Source: Verrucomicrobiota bacterium (GTDB taxonomy: Bacteria > Verrucomicrobiota > Verrucomicrobiia > Limisphaerales > CANJXF01). From it: a DNA stretch of 28,725 bases. The stretch is from the NCBI GenBank assembly GCA_038214755.1, contig JBBQRQ010000064.1, positions 1 through 28,725 on the forward strand, read 5' to 3'. Both the position numbers and the translations under genes were made by a program. Below are positions 1-9,579 of the stretch, one piece after another (position 1 is the first letter of the stretch; every line of letters starts with the position of its first letter). The notes under the pieces were generated by a model. That model did not search any database and had not been told where the DNA came from. It saw only the letters and a program-made list of their open reading frames with translations.

Positions 1-90
1 TGGGGGGGGGTGTTTTTGCGTCTCGGTGTTTTTTTTTCTTAATTATTTTTTTTTCCAAAAACCCCGGCCGCCCCCCCCCCCCCCCGCTCC
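1..90. other. Low-complexity homopolymer-rich contig end, probable sequencing artefact
   Basis: Long G, T and C runs with no coding character; mirrored by the A-rich tail at the other end. Confidence 0.7.
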
Positions 91-188
91 TCTCGCTCGC
101 ATCTTGTCGCAACGGTAATTCATTCGCACCCGCCGGAGGCAGATGCTACCCAGGGAAATTCTTGCGCTCATGCTGAATTCAATTTTGC

Positions 189-1730
189 TTAATTCTCGAA
201 CAACAATCGTTCGGATGGCTGGGCAACGGGCGATGATTCCGCGCCCCTCAATTTTTTGTAATCGAAAAGTTGTTGTTCTTTTTCGCGTTGATTCCAATTC
301 AAAATTTCCGCCATCCAATCGGCGACTTGCGCCGCGCGCTCGGTCGCATCAGAAAAATAATAATGCCAGCTCGTCCGGCGAATCATCACGTCGTCCAAAT
401 GTTGCGCCCATTCGTTCGCGCAAAAATGTTCGACGGCGGCCCGGGAAAATTCTGGTGGAATGATTCCGCTCACGTCGTTGGTTTCGTTTTTCAGCAACAG
501 CGATTCAATGGCGGTGCGACATTCGGAAAACTTTCCACCCAACTTTTTCACGATTTGATCGACGGTCTGTTCGGCCATCAAACGATAGGTCGTTAATTTT
601 CCACCCGCCACATCCCACCAAAATGGTTCGGGGTTTTTGATTTGGTGCGAGCGGGAAATGTCGGACGGTTTTCCATTCGGTTCAGCGAGGAGTGGACGCA
701 GTCCCGCCCAAGTGCTGATGACATTTTGCCCGGTCAATTTTGCTTCAGGAAAAAATCGATTGGCGATTTGCAGGACGTAACGAATGTCATTTTCATCCGC
801 GCGAACGTCGTCGAGCGAGCCGGTGTAATCGGTATCGGTTGTGCCGAGAATGGTGCGCTCGCCCCAGGGGATTGCGAACAAAATTCTGTTCCCTTCGGTC
901 ATTACGATGGCGTCGGGCACGGGAAGTTTGGCGCGCTCGACGACCAGATGAACTCCCTTGGTGAGACGAAGTTGGACGTGGCTGTGGGGAACGTTTTGCG
1001 CCCACGGGCCGGTGGCGTTTACGATAGAGCGCGCGCCAATAACGTAGGGCGAGCGTCCCGCCTGCCCGATCAGGCCAGACGCGTCATCTACTTTATCGGC
1101 AATCTCACATTTCCACTCGCGGGAAATAAAATTCGCGTTTTCGAATTGACAATAGTTCAACAGAGTCGCGCCGTGCTTTTCGGCAGAGCGCAAGGTGTCG
1201 AGCACGAGCCGCGCATCGTTGGTGAAACCATCATAGTAACGAACCGCTCCGTTGAGATTTTTTTCCTGCAAACCCGAGATGTGTTGGAGGGTTTCGTTCT
1301 TATTGAGCCAGGATGATTTGCCTAAATTTTTCCCGCCGCAAAGCAGGTCGTAAATTTTTACGCCGATCTTTAGTTGCCAGAGTTTCCAATGGCGATTGGT
1401 GGAATACGTCGGGAAAACAAAAGCCAGCGGTTGGGCCAGATGCGGGGCGATTTGGTGGATGATTTTTTTTTCCACGCTCGCTTGGCGAACCAGTCCGATT
1501 CGACCTTGCGCCAAATAGCGCAGGCCGCCGTGCAGCAAGCGACTCGAACGACTACTAGTGCCAAAGGCAAAATCATGTTGCTCCACCAGCGCAGTGCGCA
1601 GACCGCGCATCGCCGCATCGCGGGCGATGCCAGCGCCGACAATTCCGCCGCCGATAACCAGGAGGTCGAACGGTTGCGAAGAAAGTTGCGCAAGATTTTT
1701 TTCGCGCGGCGAAGAGGATGTGGCGTTCAC
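189..1730 (-). CDS. glpD: FAD-dependent glycerol-3-phosphate dehydrogenase/oxidase (GlpD/GlpA family)
   Basis: GGGIVGAG FAD motif, GTSSRSSRLLHGGLRYL, NATGPW, GTTD, WAGLRPL, GGKLTTYRLMAE. GTG start overlaps the upstream HAD stop (GTGA). Confidence 0.92.
   Translation of the reverse strand: MNATSSSPREKNLAQLSSQPFDLLVIGGGIVGAGIARDAAMRGLRTALVEQHDFAFGTSSRSSRLLHGGLRYLAQGRIGLVRQASVEKKIIHQIAPHLAQPLAFVFPTYSTNRHWKLWQLKIGVKIYDLLCGGKNLGKSSWLNKNETLQHISGLQEKNLNGAVRYYDGFTNDARLVLDTLRSAEKHGATLLNYCQFENANFISREWKCEIADKVDDASGLIGQAGRSPYVIGARSIVNATGPWAQNVPHSHVQLRLTKGVHLVVERAKLPVPDAIVMTEGNRILFAIPWGERTILGTTDTDYTGSLDDVRADENDIRYVLQIANRFFPEAKLTGQNVISTWAGLRPLLAEPNGKPSDISRSHQIKNPEPFWWDVAGGKLTTYRLMAEQTVDQIVKKLGGKFSECRTAIESLLLKNETNDVSGIIPPEFSRAAVEHFCANEWAQHLDDVMIRRTSWHYYFSDATERAAQVADWMAEILNWNQREKEQQLFDYKKLRGAESSPVAQPSERLLFEN
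1044..1091. repeat. Degenerate GTAG...CTAC REP doublet, in frame within glpD (16 codons)
   Basis: GTAGGGCGAGCGTCCCGCCTGCCC resembles the REPs flanking the RAYT. The element ends in CTAC and encodes VDDASGLIGQAGRSPY. Confidence 0.6.
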
Positions 1731-2560
1731 GCGGGAACCACTTCGGTTTTTGCGGCGAGAAGACGTTCTCCAAATTCCTGCAAGCTCGGCACAATCAAAT
1801 CTGGAGCGGGAGAATAATTTTTCGCTTCGTCTGCCGTGGTTTCGCCCGTGAGCACCAAAACACTCATCGTTCCCGCGCGTTGTGCCATCACCATATCGGT
1901 GTAGGTGCGGTCGCCTACCATGGCCAGTTCAGTCGCGCGCAATTCGTGTCGTTCAAAAATTTCACGGAGCATTCCGGGATCGGGTTTGCCGAGAACTTCG
2001 TCTGGCCAACGGCCGGTGGCGGCTTGCAAGCACGCGCAGAGCGAACCGCAATCGACCCAAACGGTCGGTTGATCGGTCGGACATACTCGGTCGGGATTGG
2101 TGGCGATATACGGTTTGCCTTTTTGGATCCACCACGCCGCACGACCCAGCCGGGAAAAAGTCAGCGTCATGTCGAAGGCGACAAGGACGACCTCGGGTTC
2201 ATCCGCCGCATTGTCCTCACAAATCTGGAAGCCGGCGTTTTCCAGTTCCTGACACATGCTGGGAGTGCCGAGGGCAAAAAGTTTTTTCGCATTCGGGAAG
2301 TTCTTTTTTAGATAAGCAATGGCGCATTGCGTGGAAGTATAAATCTGCGTTTCATCCGCCTCGATTCCCATCCCATGCAGTTTGGCGATATAGTCTTTTA
2401 CACTCCTCGAAGGATTGTTGGTGAGAAAGGTATAATCGATATCCAGGTCTCTCAGCAGTGCGAGAAATGGTTTGGAGAAGACGAACAAAGTGCCGCCTTT
2501 ATAAATCGTCCCATCCATGTCGAGAGCGACGTGGCGAATTTGGTTAAGGGGTTTCTTCAT
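1727..2560 (-). CDS. HAD-IIA family phosphatase (NagD-like)
   Basis: DMDGT motif I, LTNN, ATNPD, GKP and GDRTYTD motifs. ATG at 2560 preferred; TTG at 2575 is possible. Confidence 0.9.
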   Translation of the reverse strand: MKKPLNQIRHVALDMDGTIYKGGTLFVFSKPFLALLRDLDIDYTFLTNNPSRSVKDYIAKLHGMGIEADETQIYTSTQCAIAYLKKNFPNAKKLFALGTPSMCQELENAGFQICEDNAADEPEVVLVAFDMTLTFSRLGRAAWWIQKGKPYIATNPDRVCPTDQPTVWVDCGSLCACLQAATGRWPDEVLGKPDPGMLREIFERHELRATELAMVGDRTYTDMVMAQRAGTMSVLVLTGETTADEAKNYSPAPDLIVPSLQEFGERLLAAKTEVVPA

Positions 2561-2733
2561 CTTATTTTCTGTCAACCTACCTTGATCAGTTTTATTGTAA
2601 CTTGCCGGAAAGATTGGGACTACCCTCTGTGGCCATAAGGTTTATTCTGCGCAACAAGGGTGAAACCAGAGCCATTACCCGCGCGAGTAATTTGGCATAG
2701 GCTGGGTGTTAAGTTAGCTTTACTGGTTTCGAA

Positions 2734-5700
2734 TCATGGAGACGAAACGCGATAGAACGCAGCATTGGGCAGCGGAGCATTGTCGGTGAAGGTCGCCGTC
2801 CCATCTTGTCCGACCGTCGCCGTACCGATGCTCGGATAGGGTCCCGCAACAACTCCCGCGCGCAAGATGGAATAGGTGGTACCTACCGCGCCACTAAAGC
2901 GAAGCACTACCGTGGTAGCTGTTCGTATGATTGACGACAAAACAATGTTGGCTACACCCGGAGTATAATAGACCCTTAGTTGCGGGCGGTTGGTTTCTCC
3001 TGTGGATTCCGCAGTGCCAATACCCCAACCATCTGTGCCGTTTACCCACGGCAGGATTGCCCAGCCGTAGTTCGCTCGTGTGCCGCTTACCCAGGACTGA
3101 ACATCGGTAGTCAACTCATACGTGTGATAGCCACCTTGAACGAGTGGGGTAAGCGCCGCTGAACCTGCGCTGGCGGTTGCAGTTGTGGCAGCTTCTATGC
3201 CGTCCGCCTGAATCCCATTAGTCCATGTATTCCAAGTCGCATTAGTGTCATCCCAGGGTATTAACAGAGCGAAGAATCTGCCGCCCGCACCCATCGCGTT
3301 GTTGCCGACACTCGCCAGGTCAACCATAGCGGCATCGATGCGCGCGCCAGCCGGGATCTGCCCGGGAGCATTGCCAACAATATTGTCGAAGCGGAATAAA
3401 ACCTGTTCATTGTCATTGGTGCCAGATACGGCCCAGTCGCTGAAGACGGTGGCAACAGTTGAATAGTTGACGTCCGGTGAGTTTTCCCGGATTCGGGTAT
3501 CCAAGGAGTTGATGTAGCCATTGACGCCTTGACGGAAACTGGCCGAAGCCGTTCCCGCTGGAACCCACAACACATGCAAGTAGGGACGGTCACTTAAATT
3601 GACTGCTTCCGATGGACTAACACCTGTGCCGTCGGTGTTAGCGCTTCCCACCCAACCGATCATTGCCCAACCATAATTGGATTCACCCGCTTGCCACGCC
3701 ATGATGTCTGGAGTAACCGAAACCGAAACCGAACCTAGTCCTGTCGTTCCGGAGCCATCCAGCAAACCGATTTGCGAAGTGAAGGCGCTGCTCGCGTCAA
3801 CATCCAAATCAACGCCGTTGCCCATGCTCGTCCATGTTTCGTTGGTAGCATCCCAGCTTCTTAACATATGATAGAGTGGAGTGCCATCGCCCTGGTCGTT
3901 GACATGCAGGATCAAGTCAGCCGAGACAATTATCGCGTTAGTGGGGACCTGGCCGAAACCATTTCCGAAAATGTTATCGAACCGCATCAAAGTATGGAAT
4001 GCGTTGTGAACGCCCGCATCCGGCAGGTCAATAAATAAGCCGCTGTTACCACCTGCGGGAAAGTTTGTGTTGGGTGAGCTTTCTTGTAGTTGGATATCAG
4101 CTTCGCCCGAGTAGAGACCATAACCGTGGTCAGCCCCTTCTTGAAAATCTGCCGAGCGTAGAAGTCCCACTCGTATGCCGGTAGTGGCGCTGCTTGTTCC
4201 ACCATCACCATCAACGAGAACGACGGAAACCGCACGACGATTCAACGATGGGTTGCTACCGACGTTGCGGAAAGTAATGGAGCGAAGGAGCGCTTCGCCT
4301 GCCGTCGGGGTGGAAGAACTGTTGAAAGTAATCGCCAACGGAGTAGTGCCGACGCCGCCAGAGAATGTTCCAATAGGTATCCCGCCATAGCTGATGGTAT
4401 TTCCAGAAACACTAATCTGCCCCGCGCCCGCGCCGACGTTGCGAATTTCCAAACGGTCATCTGCCGTGCCGTTGGCGGTAAGGGTGACGGTGAGAGTGCC
4501 GCCGTTGTAGGTGGGACTGTTCGTGTCAACGATAGTGGCCCGCCCATCAATCCCTACTCCAGCGAAACCGATGCCATAGATCAAATCACCCGAGGGCAAG
4601 GTGATGACCGCTTCGTTGTCGAGAGTTGTCACGAGAACAATGATAGGTGGATTCGTCGAATAGAGTGGGTCCGTCGAAGTGATCGTATTGGTCACAGTAA
4701 ACGGCGTATTTCCATCCACCACCGTATCGTTGATGCCGGTGATGGTAACAGTTTGCAGCGTAAACCACGTGGTAGGAGTAAAGGTCAGGGTAGCAGGTGC
4801 GACCGTTCCACCCTGAGTGGTGTCACTTGATGCTACCGCCAGCGTTACATTCGCGCTCGGCTCACTGGTGAGGACTACGGTATAGTTAGTCGTGCCGCCT
4901 TCCACCACGGTAATTCCGGCGGGACCGCTCGCGCTGACGTTGACGCCCGCAGTGTCGTTGTCGATATTCACCACGGATACGTTCGCTGGATTCAATCCGT
5001 TGTAGGCTGGATCAGAACTGGTGGCCGGAGCGGTAATGATAGTGTAAGCGATGTCTCCATCATCAACCCCATCATCCACTCCCGTGATAATTACCGTCTG
5101 ATCCTGGTTCCAATTGGCTGTAGTAAATGTCAAAGCACTCGTGGACAAGGTTCCTTCGGTTGTATCACTCGAAGAAAGTCCGATGGTAACATCCCCGCTC
5201 GGTTGCGTATTCAAATGAATAGCAAACGTTGCCGCGCCTCCCGCTTCGGTCGTGTTTAATCCACTGGTGGGAGCGACCGTGATACCGCCTTCATTATCGG
5301 TATTGACTACCGAGACATCGCTTGGGTTAAGACCGTTGTAGGTCAGATCAGCGCTGCTCGCCGGTGCCAGAATGATGGTGTAGGCAACGGCACCGTCAAC
5401 CACAGCGTCGTCTTGCCCGGTGATAGTAACGGTTTGTGGCACGTTCCAATCGTTGGTGGTGAAAGTCAGGAGAGTAGGAGTAACAGTGCCTTCCGCCGGA
5501 TTACTGGAAGAGACATTGATCATGACATCGTTGGTCGGTTGCTTGTGCAATGCAACCGTGAAGGTCGCGGTGCCGCCGCTTTCGGATGTGAGAAGGTTGT
5601 TGGTAGGAATGACACTGAAGCCTGCACTAGGGCCGGGGATATAGACGAAGGATACGACTCCTTCCGTGGGGCCAGGTGATTCCAAACCAGTTGTAGCATT

Positions 5701-6795
5701 CGGTGTGTCGCGGGATTGTATCTCCCAACCGTCACCTGCGGCGTTGACCTGATAGTTCACGATGTTATCGAAGTTGGTGGCACCTCCGCCTTCCGGAGAA
5801 ATAATCAATACACCGTCAGCAGGCGAGCGACCCGGTATCTTAAGCTCATATTGGCCTATGCCGAAGTTAGTCACCGTGAACTGCGGTGAACTCCCACTGA
5901 ACATGGCAATACTTCCATCTCCCAAAAAACGTCCCGAAATGACAGTCTTGTTCGTTCTCGGAATATACACAAACGCCACCGGGTCTTGCTCGCCTCCGGC
6001 TCCCGTATTGCCGGTATCTCGCAAGATGACATTCCAAGTACCATTGGTGGTATTAGGTTGAGACAACGCAAAATTGGCCGACTCGTTCTTTGCCCCGTTG
6101 ACGATCAAGATACCATCGGTGCGCGAATCGATGCCGAAGCCCGTTAAGTTCACTACCGATTTTCCCGAGCCATTGTCCACGAAATGGGTGCCAAGCACCA
6201 GGCCAGGCGAACCGGTGAACACGGTTAAAGCTCCACCGTTGGCCGTATTTTTTGCCAATCCACCTATCCAGTTAGTATAGGGAAACCATGCCGCCGCCAC
6301 ATTTACGTTATACTCCGGGTTGGCACCTCCGGCCAACCCGCCCGCAGTATTGATGTCAATGAGATAGGGTCCGGTAGTCGGGTCAATCATGCTGACACAA
6401 TAAATTACGTTGCTCGCTCCGCCGGCTGTATCTCCGTTGTCTCTACCATTCTCATCGACAGAAGACATCAGAAGGCCGGTGCTCGCATCGTCAGTGGCAT
6501 CGGGACCAATCTGCACATTGTAATCACCGCGGTTGGAGCCGGTGCGAAGTTCAAAGTCTCCAATGGTGTAGGAGAGACTCATCGTTACTGAAGTGGTGAG
6601 GTTGCCGGTATCGTTCTGCAAAACGTTGACCCTTGCGGCGATGATGTTATGCGGCGGAGTTAAGTCGGCATAGGCTGAGAAAATGGGGACAGTCGCCAGA
6701 GTAAGCAAAAGGACTCCTGCTATCGCTTGTCCCATGATGGAGGCTATGGGGTTTCGGTGAAAGCCGACTCTCGAATAACGTTTTGATATTGTCAT
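2734..6795 (-). CDS. Large secreted/surface protein with three Calx-beta/Ig-like repeats, two DNRLRE/CBM96-like domains and a C-terminal FYRV motif
   Basis: Signal-like segment IAGVLLLTLATVPIFSAYA. Three repeats (TSESGGTATFTVAL, TTEAGGAATFAIHL, VVEGGTTNYTVVL, each followed by QTVxITG.DD/ND). Two FQEG/FRQG...D...RFDNI.G...GQ(V/I)P domains. Ends FTDNAPLPNAAFYRVSSP. Start uncertain (6843/6795/6735). Confidence 0.75.
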   Translation of the reverse strand: MTISKRYSRVGFHRNPIASIMGQAIAGVLLLTLATVPIFSAYADLTPPHNIIAARVNVLQNDTGNLTTSVTMSLSYTIGDFELRTGSNRGDYNVQIGPDATDDASTGLLMSSVDENGRDNGDTAGGASNVIYCVSMIDPTTGPYLIDINTAGGLAGGANPEYNVNVAAAWFPYTNWIGGLAKNTANGGALTVFTGSPGLVLGTHFVDNGSGKSVVNLTGFGIDSRTDGILIVNGAKNESANFALSQPNTTNGTWNVILRDTGNTGAGGEQDPVAFVYIPRTNKTVISGRFLGDGSIAMFSGSSPQFTVTNFGIGQYELKIPGRSPADGVLIISPEGGGATNFDNIVNYQVNAAGDGWEIQSRDTPNATTGLESPGPTEGVVSFVYIPGPSAGFSVIPTNNLLTSESGGTATFTVALHKQPTNDVMINVSSSNPAEGTVTPTLLTFTTNDWNVPQTVTITGQDDAVVDGAVAYTIILAPASSADLTYNGLNPSDVSVVNTDNEGGITVAPTSGLNTTEAGGAATFAIHLNTQPSGDVTIGLSSSDTTEGTLSTSALTFTTANWNQDQTVIITGVDDGVDDGDIAYTIITAPATSSDPAYNGLNPANVSVVNIDNDTAGVNVSASGPAGITVVEGGTTNYTVVLTSEPSANVTLAVASSDTTQGGTVAPATLTFTPTTWFTLQTVTITGINDTVVDGNTPFTVTNTITSTDPLYSTNPPIIVLVTTLDNEAVITLPSGDLIYGIGFAGVGIDGRATIVDTNSPTYNGGTLTVTLTANGTADDRLEIRNVGAGAGQISVSGNTISYGGIPIGTFSGGVGTTPLAITFNSSSTPTAGEALLRSITFRNVGSNPSLNRRAVSVVLVDGDGGTSSATTGIRVGLLRSADFQEGADHGYGLYSGEADIQLQESSPNTNFPAGGNSGLFIDLPDAGVHNAFHTLMRFDNIFGNGFGQVPTNAIIVSADLILHVNDQGDGTPLYHMLRSWDATNETWTSMGNGVDLDVDASSAFTSQIGLLDGSGTTGLGSVSVSVTPDIMAWQAGESNYGWAMIGWVGSANTDGTGVSPSEAVNLSDRPYLHVLWVPAGTASASFRQGVNGYINSLDTRIRENSPDVNYSTVATVFSDWAVSGTNDNEQVLFRFDNIVGNAPGQIPAGARIDAAMVDLASVGNNAMGAGGRFFALLIPWDDTNATWNTWTNGIQADGIEAATTATASAGSAALTPLVQGGYHTYELTTDVQSWVSGTRANYGWAILPWVNGTDGWGIGTAESTGETNRPQLRVYYTPGVANIVLSSIIRTATTVVLRFSGAVGTTYSILRAGVVAGPYPSIGTATVGQDGTATFTDNAPLPNAAFYRVSSP

Positions 6796-6853
6796 AGGTT
6801 TTGAATTAGAGGGTTGTTCGTTGCAAAATACAGTAGATGCCAATCATAGGATT

Positions 6854-7654
6854 CTAATGACCGAGGTAGTTTTCATCTTGTGACAGGTTCCACACCTTCA
6901 GGAACCGCTTGAGTGGGATGAATTCAGCGTGACCGTCGCAGAAGTTCGCGCAGGTGCCACTGACACCGTGATTATTGCCCGCGTCCGGCCAATTATTATT
7001 CGGGTTATTAGGAGCGGCGCCGGGTTGGTTGGAATTGTCGTCTGCATCCATTATCAGAAAAAAAGCGGTGGGTCCAGGTCTGGTCCCTATGGCTGCCGTG
7101 TAAGTTTTTATTTCCCGCGAGACAACCGTCTTCTCCGTTTTCTTAACATCATTATGAAAAACCCCGAACACTTCGTAGCTGTCCCCGTTGCTCTTAGTAT
7201 TAACGGCATTTTCGGTGAGGTCCTGCAAATAAGAACCATTGGGTGCCGTAGCCCTGACAATTAAGGGAGCCGGTTTGACCACATTTTCAGTCGCAGGGCA
7301 AACGTAGCTCCCCAGCACTTTAATATAATTAGGGTACAGCCAGTTCAGGTCATCGTCCGATTGACGGCGGTCGGTGTCCGGAATCACATAGGGAGAAATC
7401 CAGGAATGGGCACTCAAGTGACCCTTGTTATCCTGCGCATACATCATACTGCCGAGGCCGAGCTGTTTGAGGTTATTAACGCAGCCGATCCTTCTCGCTT
7501 TTTCCTTCGCTTTCGCCAAGGCAGGCAGAAGCAAGCCGGCCAAAATAGCGATAATGGCAATGACCACCAACAACTCGATCAAGGTGAAACCACTTTTCAA
7601 CGGGAACTTGAAACCGTTCTTTTTCTTATCTGCCATCCTCATTTCTTGTTTCAT
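6854..7654 (-). CDS. Prepilin-type N-terminal cleavage/methylation protein (DUF1559-like, H-X9-DG-type C-terminal motif)
   Basis: [32 protein letters not shown]...C.NNLKQLG and C-terminal [15 protein letters not shown] (H-X10-DG here). Confidence 0.9.
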   Translation of the reverse strand: MKQEMRMADKKKNGFKFPLKSGFTLIELLVVIAIIAILAGLLLPALAKAKEKARRIGCVNNLKQLGLGSMMYAQDNKGHLSAHSWISPYVIPDTDRRQSDDDLNWLYPNYIKVLGSYVCPATENVVKPAPLIVRATAPNGSYLQDLTENAVNTKSNGDSYEVFGVFHNDVKKTEKTVVSREIKTYTAAIGTRPGPTAFFLIMDADDNSNQPGAAPNNPNNNWPDAGNNHGVSGTCANFCDGHAEFIPLKRFLKVWNLSQDENYLGH

Positions 7655-7865
7655 TTTTCTATGACGAAGGTGCGATTACAACTTCGTTTGCGCAACATTT
7701 CGGTTACAGTTTCCCGGCCGGTTGCAACCTGTTCCAACGAGACGACCTTCCGGTTGAAGGCGATCAGAGCGTTAACGCACTAAGTAACACGTTGAGAAAA
7801 ACCAAGTCAACTTTTAATTGTGTTTTCGCCCGAACCTCGAAGGAGCAAAGTTTTGGCGACGTATA

Positions 7866-7992
7866 TTGGACTGCGGAGGCAGGACGCCGCTTTTCCTCCA
7901 CCCCTCTCGGACAGATGAAGCTCATGATCCGGTTAATCCGCTCCTATTTTCCCACCGCACAACCAAAGCGGTGACAGGTCCGCGCACTCCAA
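7866..7992. repeat. TTGGA(C/G)TGCG-family inverted repeat pair (degenerate)
   Basis: TTGGACTGCGG...CCGCTTT (7866-7893) and AAAGCGG...CGCACTCCAA (7965-7992); same family as 18475, 21897 and 25501. Confidence 0.6.
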
Positions 7993-8017
7993 ATACACGA
8001 CGTCGTCCGCCACTTGC

Positions 8018-8036
8018 GGCGGCATGGCCGCCCTAC
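8018..8036 (-). repeat. Solo GTAG-REP
   Basis: The minus strand reads GTAG-GGCGGC-CAT-GCCGCC, a perfect 6-bp stem after GTAG. Confidence 0.55.
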
Positions 8037-8064
8037 GTCTTTCCCTTGGCGGAAGGAATTCCTT

Positions 8065-8790
8065 TTACCGAATCGCGCTCACGGAAAACCGATACATATC
8101 TCCCCGGTAAATGGAATCTTCCATTTCCACAATCAAGTTTTTCCCGGAAAATGAGACGCCTTCCACGCGAAAGGCGGGAATCGGCTGGTTGCACTCGAAA
8201 ACTTTCATCCACTCACCTTCCAAATGCACGGAGCTAAGGATTTGTTTTATTTCGACGAGTTGAATTCCGTATTGCCTCTCAAAAATTTCGTAAAGCGATT
8301 GTTCAAGATTTTTTTTATGGATGTTGGGACAAAGTTGCAGGGAAATAAATCGTGTCTCTTTCATCATCGGAACGCCGTCGGCGCAACGGAGGCGCTCGAT
8401 TTCGCAATACGGTTTTTTTAAAACATAAGTTCGCCCATTCAACGCCAGTTTCCGATCTTTATCGCGCAAATGAAAACCGAGAAGCTTCGTCGTCGGCTTG
8501 CGCCCGGCCTCGATCATGTTTTTCGTAAAACCAAAAATGCGAGTGACCGGCCGCTCCACCGTATTGTTGCGGACAAAAGTTCCTTTGCCTTTGATGCGCG
8601 TGACCCAGCCGGCCTTTTCCAACTCGTGCAAGGTTTTGCGCGCGGTGGTGTTGCTGACTTTGTATTTGGCGATGATGTCGTTCTCCGACGGGACCATCGC
8701 GCCCGCGTTCATCTCGCCCTGCTGAATCAAAGAAATGATTTCGCGACTGATCTGAAAATATTTCGGTAAGTTAGGGGAGTTGGTAGCCAC
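8065..8790 (-). CDS. GntR-family transcriptional regulator (HutC/UTRA subfamily)
   Basis: N-terminal wHTH (PKYFQI...PSE...VS.TT.RK.L.EL...GKGTFV) followed by a UTRA domain (SLYEIFERQYG, YRGDMYRF). Confidence 0.92.
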   Translation of the reverse strand: MATNSPNLPKYFQISREIISLIQQGEMNAGAMVPSENDIIAKYKVSNTTARKTLHELEKAGWVTRIKGKGTFVRNNTVERPVTRIFGFTKNMIEAGRKPTTKLLGFHLRDKDRKLALNGRTYVLKKPYCEIERLRCADGVPMMKETRFISLQLCPNIHKKNLEQSLYEIFERQYGIQLVEIKQILSSVHLEGEWMKVFECNQPIPAFRVEGVSFSGKNLIVEMEDSIYRGDMYRFSVSAIR

Positions 8791-8802
8791 GGAATTTCGA
8801 GA

Positions 8803-8832
8803 ATCTTAAAAAGAGACCGTGAGCAGCGTCAA
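8803..8832 (-). promoter_or_regulatory. Putative sigma70 promoter of gntR
   Basis: Minus strand TTGACG-N18-TAAGAT, ending 12 nt before the GTG start. Confidence 0.45.
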
Positions 8833-8857
8833 GGGCGGCGGACGCCGCCGGGAGGGA

Positions 8858-9262
8858 TTACGGCTCAACGCTAATTGCGCTCCAGGCCTTGCCCATCTTC
8901 TCCGCGTACTCTGCCAAAACCTTTTCGTGTTCGATCAAGACAGTGCGGACTACGGCGGAATCATCGGCGTGGCCGAATTCGGGGACGCTGTCGGGAATCA
9001 AATCAAACTGGCGATGCGCATAAACCAGAGCGAAGGCGGCGTTGGCCGCGGTCACGTAGGGCAATTCGTCGATCAGGCCTTCGGAAAAATCTTCGATGAG
9101 GTTGGCCAGAAATTCCAATTGCTCAATCAGGTGCGGGTATTGGGTGTCGTCAATATTGGCGAATTCCAATTTGAGCATCGGCAATTTTTTATAAATGCCT
9201 TTCAAAATTCTCGGCGTGATTTTACCCGCGCCGTTGTGAACGAATTTTACGACCTCACCCAT
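8858..9262 (-). CDS. DUF1232 (YkvA) family protein
   Basis: DLIPDSVPEFGHADD matches the DLIPDxxPxxGxxDD family motif. Confidence 0.8.
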   Translation of the reverse strand: MGEVVKFVHNGAGKITPRILKGIYKKLPMLKLEFANIDDTQYPHLIEQLEFLANLIEDFSEGLIDELPYVTAANAAFALVYAHRQFDLIPDSVPEFGHADDSAVVRTVLIEHEKVLAEYAEKMGKAWSAISVEP

Positions 9263-9406
9263 GCCTGCATCGTCTGGCTAACGGGTGAAATAGACAAGAA
9301 CAGTTTCCGCCGATTGATGCGTCAGGGGAATGAGGAATGAAACGCGACCAGCGTCAAATTCTTGCTCCTCAATTCCTTTTCGATTGAGGGACGGAAGACA
9401 ACTGGT

Positions 9407-9522
9407 TTCAACGCGAAGGACGCAACGGTTTTCGGAGAGGTCGCAAAGGGAAAAAAAATGTTTTTTAGGAAGGTTTTGACTCTGCGTCCCTTTGCGAAAA
9501 CCTTTGCGCCCTCTGCGTTTAA
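9407..9522. repeat. Imperfect inverted pair of ~9-bp-periodic CGCA(A/G)AGG arrays
   Basis: TTCAACGCGAAGGACGCAACGGTTTTCGGAGAGGTCGCAAAG pairs imperfectly with CTCTGCGTCCCTTTGCGAAAACCTTTGCGCCCTCTGCGTTTAA. Intergenic, downstream of dinG. Confidence 0.65.
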
Positions 9523-9579
9523 TCAGGAACCCGTTGGAATTTACAAAATCCGACGGGATAAAGTAGAGAAACTGGATTT

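Noticed and set aside
7769..7810. Promoter/operator upstream of the prepilin-like gene (TTGACT on the minus strand; GCGTTAACGC palindrome)
   Set aside because: No convincing -10 at proper spacing, and a single 10-bp palindrome is too weak to call an operator.
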